From positions 800,001 through 864,000 of the forward strand of contig OY761159.2 of the NCBI GenBank assembly GCA_963664395.2: DNA of 64,000 nt, written 5' to 3'. This document shows positions 57,923 to 64,000 of this stretch, one piece after another. Below the pieces are notes generated by a model. It saw only the letters and a program-made list of their open reading frames with translations. It was not told where the DNA came from and did not search any database. This DNA comes from Candidatus Binatia bacterium. Its GTDB lineage: Bacteria; Desulfobacterota; Binatia; Bin18. The first letter of the stretch is position 1. Every line of letters begins with the position of its first letter. The position numbers and the translations under genes were made by a program.

Positions 57923-59245
57923 CTATTCTTCGTTGGTATCAAGACCGAATATTTGACGGATGACGTGAGGAGAAGCGGCCTCGTGGGCGTCTGCATCTTC
58001 ACGCTTGACGCTGTTGCGGTGACGCTGTTTGAGATACGCGAGTGGCGGGTGGAGGAGCTTGTTCGTCAGGGAGCGGGTGAGGGCTTCAATCGATTCTTTT
58101 GCCTGCGGTGAGAGATCGGCAAGGCTGGCCAGCGTCTTCTCGACTTCACGCGAGCGGATCAGCTCGGCCTGTTCTCGGAGCGCCACAATCGTGGGAGTCA
58201 CTTCTTGGTTGACAAACCAGCGCCAAAAACTTTCCACTTCTTCGGCCACAATGGCTTCGGCTTTGACGGCCTCAACTTGGCGCTCGCCTTTATGATCTTC
58301 AACCACCTGCTCCAGATCATCAATGTCATACAAAAAGACATTATCAAGATTGTTCAGACGCGGATCGAAGTTGCGCGGCACGCCCAGGTCGATCAGAAAC
58401 ATGGGGCTGCGTTTGCGCTCTTCTAGCGCCTCTTCGACCATGCCGGAATGCAGCACATAGTGTGGGCTGCCGGCAGAACCTATCACCACGTCGGTGAGGT
58501 GGAGATGTTTATCCAGTTGATCAAACGGCACGACTGTTCCATTGCAGGTCCGGGCGAGTTCAACCGCGCGGCGAAAGGTGCGATTGGTCACCATGATGGT
58601 GCCGATCCCTCGTCCGCGCAGATGACGAACGGCTTGTTCGCCCATCTCGCCCACACCAATGACCATGGCAGTCTTGTCTTCCAGATGGTCGAAAATCGTA
58701 CAGGCCAGATCAACCGCCGCAGAGCTCACCGACACCGCTTTGGCCGCAATGCTGGTCTCGGTTCGCACCCGCTTGGCAACCGAGAACGACTTGTGGAAAC
58801 AGCGGTGCAACACCGTTCCCAAGGTACCGAGCGCGGAAGACGCGTTATAGGCGTCTTTCACCTGACCCAAGATCTGGGGCTCACCGACCACCAGAGAATC
58901 GAGACTCGAGGCAACCCGAAACAGATGGCTGACCGCATCCTGATTGATATGGGTGTAGAGGTAGGGCGCAAAGCGGGGCAGCGCCACGCGCTGTTCTTCG
59001 GCTAAAAACGCACGAATCTTCTCATTCGCCGCATCCAGATTTGGGGTATGGGCGACCACCTCAACGCGGTTACACGTTGAGAGAATAGCGCCCTCCCGGA
59101 TGGTCTCGGTATCCACCAGCCGAGGTAAAGACGCATCCAAAGCACCATCGTTGAAAGCTAGCTGCTCCCGGAGTTCGACCGGCGTGGCATGGTGGTTGAG
59201 ACCAACCACCATGAGAGAGGAGGCCGGCTGGACAAGACTAGCCAA
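57923..59245 (-). CDS. hemA: Glutamyl-tRNA reductase
   Basis: GLNH, LSTCNRVE, SLDSLVVGEPQILGQ, DLGVPRN; start uncertain (TTG 59245 with GGAGG, or ATG 59212). Confidence 0.96.
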   Translation of the reverse strand: MASLVQPASSLMVVGLNHHATPVELREQLAFNDGALDASLPRLVDTETIREGAILSTCNRVEVVAHTPNLDAANEKIRAFLAEEQRVALPRFAPYLYTHINQDAVSHLFRVASSLDSLVVGEPQILGQVKDAYNASSALGTLGTVLHRCFHKSFSVAKRVRTETSIAAKAVSVSSAAVDLACTIFDHLEDKTAMVIGVGEMGEQAVRHLRGRGIGTIMVTNRTFRRAVELARTCNGTVVPFDQLDKHLHLTDVVIGSAGSPHYVLHSGMVEEALEERKRSPMFLIDLGVPRNFDPRLNNLDNVFLYDIDDLEQVVEDHKGERQVEAVKAEAIVAEEVESFWRWFVNQEVTPTIVALREQAELIRSREVEKTLASLADLSPQAKESIEALTRSLTNKLLHPPLAYLKQRHRNSVKREDADAHEAASPHVIRQIFGLDTNEE

Positions 59246-60053
59246 ATTGACCTCCGTGTCGTCCGGGAAAAAACTGGACCCCCACAAATGAAACCACGAG
59301 CACAGCAAAACACACAATCGTCAGCGTTGCCGCCCGCCGGCCACGCCAGCCGACACTCCGGTAGTGGAGCAGCAACGCGTAGAGAATCCAGGTCAGTACG
59401 GACAGGATGAGCCGCGGCTCCCAGATCCAGAAGTGTCCCCAGGCATACTCGGCCCAGACCGCACCGCTTAACAGCCCGAGGGTCAAGAGGAGAAAACCCC
59501 AGGCCAGGGAGCGGTAGTTCAAATGATCCAGGGTTTCCAGCGAGGGCAAACGGCGGAGAAATGAAGAGGCTTTTTTCTGTTTGAGGTACTTTTCCTGGAC
59601 CAGGTAGACCAGACTGGCACTACAGGCGACGACAAAGACGGCATACCCAAGAAAGGCAGCAGTGACATGAATGGGCAGCCAGGCGCTTTGCAGCGTCGGC
59701 GGCAGCGCCCGCGCCTGGGCGTAAAAGACGTACACGCCCAGGGTCAGGATAAACCCGATGGGACTCACAATAGCGCCGAGAATGGAAACCGGCAGCCGCC
59801 ACTGGACCAGTAGCCCGATGCCCGCCGTGAGACAGGCAAAAAAGGAGAGGGCTTCATGCACCTCTGTGACCGCAAAATAGCCGACCGTGAGCGACCGGAC
59901 CGCAATAGCACCGGCATGGCACAGGCAGGCGGCCAGCAAGCAACTCGGGGCTATCGTCCGCACGACGGGCCGAGCGGAAAGCAGCCCGACAACAAAGCTC
60001 GCCGTGCTGAGCAGATAAAGCAGCAGTGTCAGTGTCAGCAGCCAGACTTCCAT
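59238..60053 (-). CDS. ccsA: Cytochrome c biogenesis CcsA/HemX family membrane protein
   Basis: WLPIHV, LPSLETLD, GAVWAEYAWG..W.WEPR, GWRGRR. Confidence 0.85.
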   Translation of the reverse strand: MEVWLLTLTLLLYLLSTASFVVGLLSARPVVRTIAPSCLLAACLCHAGAIAVRSLTVGYFAVTEVHEALSFFACLTAGIGLLVQWRLPVSILGAIVSPIGFILTLGVYVFYAQARALPPTLQSAWLPIHVTAAFLGYAVFVVACSASLVYLVQEKYLKQKKASSFLRRLPSLETLDHLNYRSLAWGFLLLTLGLLSGAVWAEYAWGHFWIWEPRLILSVLTWILYALLLHYRSVGWRGRRAATLTIVCFAVLVVSFVGVQFFPGRHGGQFG

Positions 60054-60061
60054 ACGGTCAC

Positions 60062-60724
60062 TCACCACGAAAAGGCGAGACGCTCCAGGGTATATGCCTC
60101 CCCCAGCGTCTGCTGTAAAAGCGTGTTTAATTTATCGGTTTGGCGGTCTCGAAGATAGTCCAGCAGGGGGGATTCGACTAGACTCGTAAATATGCGCTGG
60201 CGGTCTTTCGCGCTGCGCTGTTCGTGTATCAGGCGTTCACGAATCCGGCGCAACAGCCGGAGCGCCAACGCATATTCCGGCCCGAATTGTTCAGCCAGGT
60301 CTTGCCGAATCTTTTTTGCCAGAGCAGGACTTGCCCCATTGGTGGAAACCGCAATTGTCAGGTCGCCCTGTTGTAGCACTGCCGGTACAATAAACGAGCA
60401 TAAGGCGGGCTGATCGACGATATTACACAAGATATTGGCCTGTTGGGCATCCGCGGCAATCTGCCGCTGCAAGACTGGATTATCCGTGGCCGCGATCACC
60501 AGCGCAACAGTGTCAAGGTCTCCCCGTTGATAGGAGCGTTGCCGAACCGTCAGCCGACCGGCGGCTTCAAGGTCGGATAGAGCAGCTGTCAGCTCAGGGC
60601 TGATAAGCGTCACCTCCCCGCCGGCCGCCAGCACCGCCTCCACCTTACGCTCGGCAATCGTCCCCCCGCCAACGACCAGACAGTGCATCTTGTCCAAATC
60701 GAGAAAAACAGGGTAATAGCCCAC
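60062..60724 (-). CDS. Precorrin-2 dehydrogenase/sirohydrochlorin ferrochelatase (SirC/Met8-like)
   Basis: YYPVFLDL, VVGGGTIAERK, NIVDQP..C.FIVP, STNGASP. Confidence 0.92.
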   Translation of the reverse strand: MGYYPVFLDLDKMHCLVVGGGTIAERKVEAVLAAGGEVTLISPELTAALSDLEAAGRLTVRQRSYQRGDLDTVALVIAATDNPVLQRQIAADAQQANILCNIVDQPALCSFIVPAVLQQGDLTIAVSTNGASPALAKKIRQDLAEQFGPEYALALRLLRRIRERLIHEQRSAKDRQRIFTSLVESPLLDYLRDRQTDKLNTLLQQTLGEAYTLERLAFSW

Positions 60725-60934
60725 ACGGCCCTCCCTTTCGTACGCGGCTCACATCGTAGCATCCTGGTGAGGAGTGGGGAAATCGGAGTACCGGCGGCGA
60801 ACTTGACGGGTAAGAAACGTTTCTACAGACGCTCGCTCCACTCGATCGGATTGACAAAACTTTCTAGGCTATGACGGTTACACTGGATACAAATGTTTAT
60901 TCTGAAGCGGTCATCAGGACGGCAGTACCGCTCT

Positions 60935-62713
60935 TCAGCCGGTTGGAATGCGCAACACTTGGCCGATTTGCAGGCGTTTGACGTTCTTCACGCCATTCAG
61001 ACGCTTGAGGACTGACACCTTTGTGCCGTAGCGCCGGGCGATGCTGCCGAGCGTTTGTCCCTGGCGGACTGTGTGTTTGACGTACTGTGCTTTGGCTTTG
61101 CTACGCGAGTTTTGTGAGTTTTCCGAGACGCTCAGTTTTTTGCCAACCGGTATCAACGAGGCGTTTGTTATGCCGTTGAGCTGTTGGAGCGAAGCGATAG
61201 TCGTCTTGTAGCGTCGAGCGATCCTGTCCAGCGATTCTCCCGGACGAACGGTATGCGTTACTTCCCGCGAGGCATCTTGCGCCAGGTGTACGGGCCGGAC
61301 CACCCGCTGCCGGCCCTTCCCCTTCAGAGGGACGCGCAGACGTTGGCCGACGCGGATGAAATGTGCGCTTCTGAGTCCGTTCAGGCGTTGCAGGGTCCGA
61401 ACGCTCGTCCCATAGCGCTGCGCAATGCCGCCTAGCGTCTGCCCGCGCCGGACCCTATGAAAATCAAAGGCAGCGACCTGTTGGTCAGCCTTGGCATTGG
61501 GTTTGAGTGCGGCGTAACGCCGGGTAAAGTCTTTCCGCGCGCCGGCCGGGATACGCAAACGGTGGCCGCGTGGGACGTGGAGTTTCCCGTTCCGAATCAG
61601 TCGTCTAAAGGACGGGTTGAGCGCCAATAGCCGCTCAGTACTGGTGTTGGCAGCCCTGGCCAGATTTTCGAGCGAGACAAAATGCTGGAGATCGACCTCA
61701 TCATACCGGAGGAGGGGGTCGTGTTTGAAGGGACCGAAGTATTTAGCGCTGTTTTTCTCAACCTCAACGGCCGCCAGCAACTCGACATAAAAATTCCGCG
61801 AGGCAAACCCGAACGTCCGGCTTTTGTAGCGGCGGATAATGGTGGCAATATCGCGCGTGCCGACTTTCCGAACGGCGCGTGCCATCCCGGCCGGACCATG
61901 GTTATAGGCCGTGACCGCCAGCGGCCAGGTTTGCAGCTTGGCATAATTTGACTTGAGCAAGTCGGCGGCCGCCCGAGTGGCAATGAGGGGGTCAAGGCGC
62001 TCGTCAACCACATGGTTAATGGTCAGAAACAAGCGCCCAGTCGCGGGCATGAATTGCCAGATGCCGGCCGCACCGACTTTTGAATAGGCCTCAATATTGA
62101 AAGAAGACTCGATCAGCGGCAGGCGGGTCAGGACAACCGGGAGTCCTTTTTGACGGAATATCTTTTCCATCCTGGGCAGATAGCGGCCAGACAGGCGCAG
62201 GCTCTCTTGAAAGCGCTCCCGTATCCCGGACTGTGCCCGCAGTCGCCCTTTGGCCGCGGCCTTGCGGAACTTGTGGCGTTCTTTGACATCTCTGAAGAGG
62301 GAGCGGATTTTTCTCTCACGGCTACTCAGCGTCCGCCCTTTGGCGCCGTGTTTATGGAGTTTACGCAGGGCGGCCCGGATTTTTTTGAGTTCCTGCTTGG
62401 TCCGCTTGGCTTTCAGCCTACGGGCCTTGGCCTCGCCATGCTTGTCTAAGAGCGGCCGAAAATCGAGGACGGCATACACCTTGTCCAAATGGACCGCGTC
62501 GTGAATGACGACCTGGTATTCCGAGTAGGTGCCGAAAATCCTGGTCCAGAACTCGACCTGGGGTCGGAGGGCTTGTGGATAGGGAAGCGGAGAAGACGCT
62601 GAGCTCGCCTGCTTATCAACCGTCCCAAGCGCAGACCCGGCCCCGACTCCGACGAACACAACGACGCACAGGAGCACTGCGCGCCATCTCGAACATTTTG
62701 CCTGCATCACCAC
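60935..62713 (-). CDS. Lytic transglycosylase with three LysM domains (MltD-like)
   Basis: LIESSF, GAAGIWQFM, AYNHG; three HxVxxGxxLxxIAxRY repeats. Confidence 0.92.
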   Translation of the reverse strand: MVMQAKCSRWRAVLLCVVVFVGVGAGSALGTVDKQASSASSPLPYPQALRPQVEFWTRIFGTYSEYQVVIHDAVHLDKVYAVLDFRPLLDKHGEAKARRLKAKRTKQELKKIRAALRKLHKHGAKGRTLSSRERKIRSLFRDVKERHKFRKAAAKGRLRAQSGIRERFQESLRLSGRYLPRMEKIFRQKGLPVVLTRLPLIESSFNIEAYSKVGAAGIWQFMPATGRLFLTINHVVDERLDPLIATRAAADLLKSNYAKLQTWPLAVTAYNHGPAGMARAVRKVGTRDIATIIRRYKSRTFGFASRNFYVELLAAVEVEKNSAKYFGPFKHDPLLRYDEVDLQHFVSLENLARAANTSTERLLALNPSFRRLIRNGKLHVPRGHRLRIPAGARKDFTRRYAALKPNAKADQQVAAFDFHRVRRGQTLGGIAQRYGTSVRTLQRLNGLRSAHFIRVGQRLRVPLKGKGRQRVVRPVHLAQDASREVTHTVRPGESLDRIARRYKTTIASLQQLNGITNASLIPVGKKLSVSENSQNSRSKAKAQYVKHTVRQGQTLGSIARRYGTKVSVLKRLNGVKNVKRLQIGQVLRIPTG

Positions 62714-62896
62714 CCTCTCTTGCTATAACACCGACCGGCTCTTATGCAGATCTGCGCTTTTTTCCATATATAGTAAATGAGTTTCCCAACTAGCAAACAC
62801 ACGCGTTCAGTTCAACGTACCCCCGGACAGATTCCGCTTCTCCCGCCTTCTTTCCGGGGTGAAAGTCGGCTATGAAAAGGGAAAATAGGAGGCGAT

Positions 62897-63943
62897 ATGC
62901 GCATCTCACTCTTTCATTTGCCCAGCTTTTTTCCGGAATTTCACGCCAGCGATGAGCAATTCTACCTTGACATGCTCAGCGAGACCGATCAGGCCGAGGC
63001 CCTCGGCTTTCACTCCGTCTGGTTTGCGGAGCACCATTTTTATCATTACGGCGGCCATCTGCCCTCCGTTCCCGTGATTGGGGCCGCGGTTGCCCAACGC
63101 ACGAAGAATATCCGTATTGGCTCCGGGATTGCCCTCCTGCCCCTCCAGGACCCGATTCGGCTGGCAGAAGAGTATGCCATGCTCGACTGCTTATCGGGCG
63201 GACGCTTGGAGTTCGGGATTGGACGGGGATTCCAAAAAGGCGAGTACGACGCCTTTGAGCGCGATATGGGTGACAGCCGGGCGCTGTTTGAAGAAGCTCA
63301 CGACATCATTATGAAGGCCTGGACCGAAAAACGCGTCTCCCACGACGGCAAATTCCGCACGGTGCGTAATCTCCAGGTCATTCCGCAACCCATCCAGAAA
63401 CCGCCGCCCGTCTATGTTGCCTGTATTTTTACGCGGGAATCGTTCGAATGGACCGGCAAGATGGGCTATCATCTGATGGTCGTCCCCTATGCCCAGCCCA
63501 ATCCGGAAGCCCTGGTGGGCCGCATCCAACTCTTCAGTCAGACCCGGCAGGCGCATGGCTACACTGACGCGCCGGAAGTCCTCGGTGTGTACCATTTTTA
63601 TTGCGGCGAGACCGCACAAAAGGCAAAAGAAGAGCCACGCGAGGCCATGCTGCGCTATCTGAACGCCGTAGTAGCTTCCAACTCGGAAGACGCCTATTCC
63701 GATCAGTATAAGTCGTACAAGGGTCTCAAGGACGCCTTCAAAACCTTCGACTATGAAGGATATATGTACCCGCACAAAGTCATATTTGGTGATCCGGACC
63801 AGTGTGTCGAGCGCATTCAGGAAATCCAGGCCATGGGGATCACAAACGTGAGTTTGCTGGCGAATTTTGGCGGGTTAGAGCATGGCAAAATTATGGACTC
63901 GCTCGATCGGTTTGGGAAAGAGGTATTGCCAAGAGTATCGTAA
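62897..63943 (+). CDS. LLM-class flavin-dependent oxidoreductase
   Basis: WFAEHHF, DPIRLAEEYAMLD.LSGGRLEFGIGRG; AGGAGG RBS. Confidence 0.92.
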   Translation: MRISLFHLPSFFPEFHASDEQFYLDMLSETDQAEALGFHSVWFAEHHFYHYGGHLPSVPVIGAAVAQRTKNIRIGSGIALLPLQDPIRLAEEYAMLDCLSGGRLEFGIGRGFQKGEYDAFERDMGDSRALFEEAHDIIMKAWTEKRVSHDGKFRTVRNLQVIPQPIQKPPPVYVACIFTRESFEWTGKMGYHLMVVPYAQPNPEALVGRIQLFSQTRQAHGYTDAPEVLGVYHFYCGETAQKAKEEPREAMLRYLNAVVASNSEDAYSDQYKSYKGLKDAFKTFDYEGYMYPHKVIFGDPDQCVERIQEIQAMGITNVSLLANFGGLEHGKIMDSLDRFGKEVLPRVS

Positions 63944-64000
63944 CCGGAGTCACGCCTCACGCTCAAATGGCCTATACGGAATACCTAGCCCGAGACTCAG

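Noticed and set aside
54352-60724. Tetrapyrrole cluster as a novelty
   Set aside because: The sirC-ccsA-hemA-hemC-cobA/hemD-hemB order is a familiar housekeeping arrangement
60851-60880. TTGACA as a sigma70 promoter
   Set aside because: No acceptable -10 at 16-18 nt, and it points antisense to both flanking genes

Overview
A GC-rich bacterial chromosomal segment. The gene content (luciferase-like monooxygenases, DUF1302/DUF1329/YCF48/MMPL cluster, sirC-ccsA-hemA-hemC-cobA/hemD-hemB) suggests a Binatia/deltaproteobacteria-like organism; this is inference only. Left to right: a low-GC DUF262 + HEPN-like pair at the edge; catabolic genes (PxpA-like, BtpA-SIS, oxoprolinase, thiolase, hydrolases, AKR); a decayed RelE/RHH toxin-antitoxin pair; mutL-mutS; a two-subunit PHA synthase; a Rieske + PQQ dehydrogenase pair; an IS-rich accessory region (about 28.7-53.7 kb); the tetrapyrrole operon, a LysM lytic transglycosylase and an LLM. 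Top signal: a MoxR AAA+ gene whose T-TA9-G slippery run opens an uninterrupted -1 frame into the downstream vWA gene, i.e. a candidate programmed-frameshift MoxR/MoxR-vWA system next to a BKACE enzyme. Also notable: an RNA polymerase beta/beta-prime-like module inserted in a YCF48 propeller, IS elements stacked on shared TA sites including a chimeric IS5/IS630 end, and two real-looking ORFs absent from the ORF track. All family calls come from motif recognition by eye, not database searches. No rRNA, tRNA or CRISPR array was seen.
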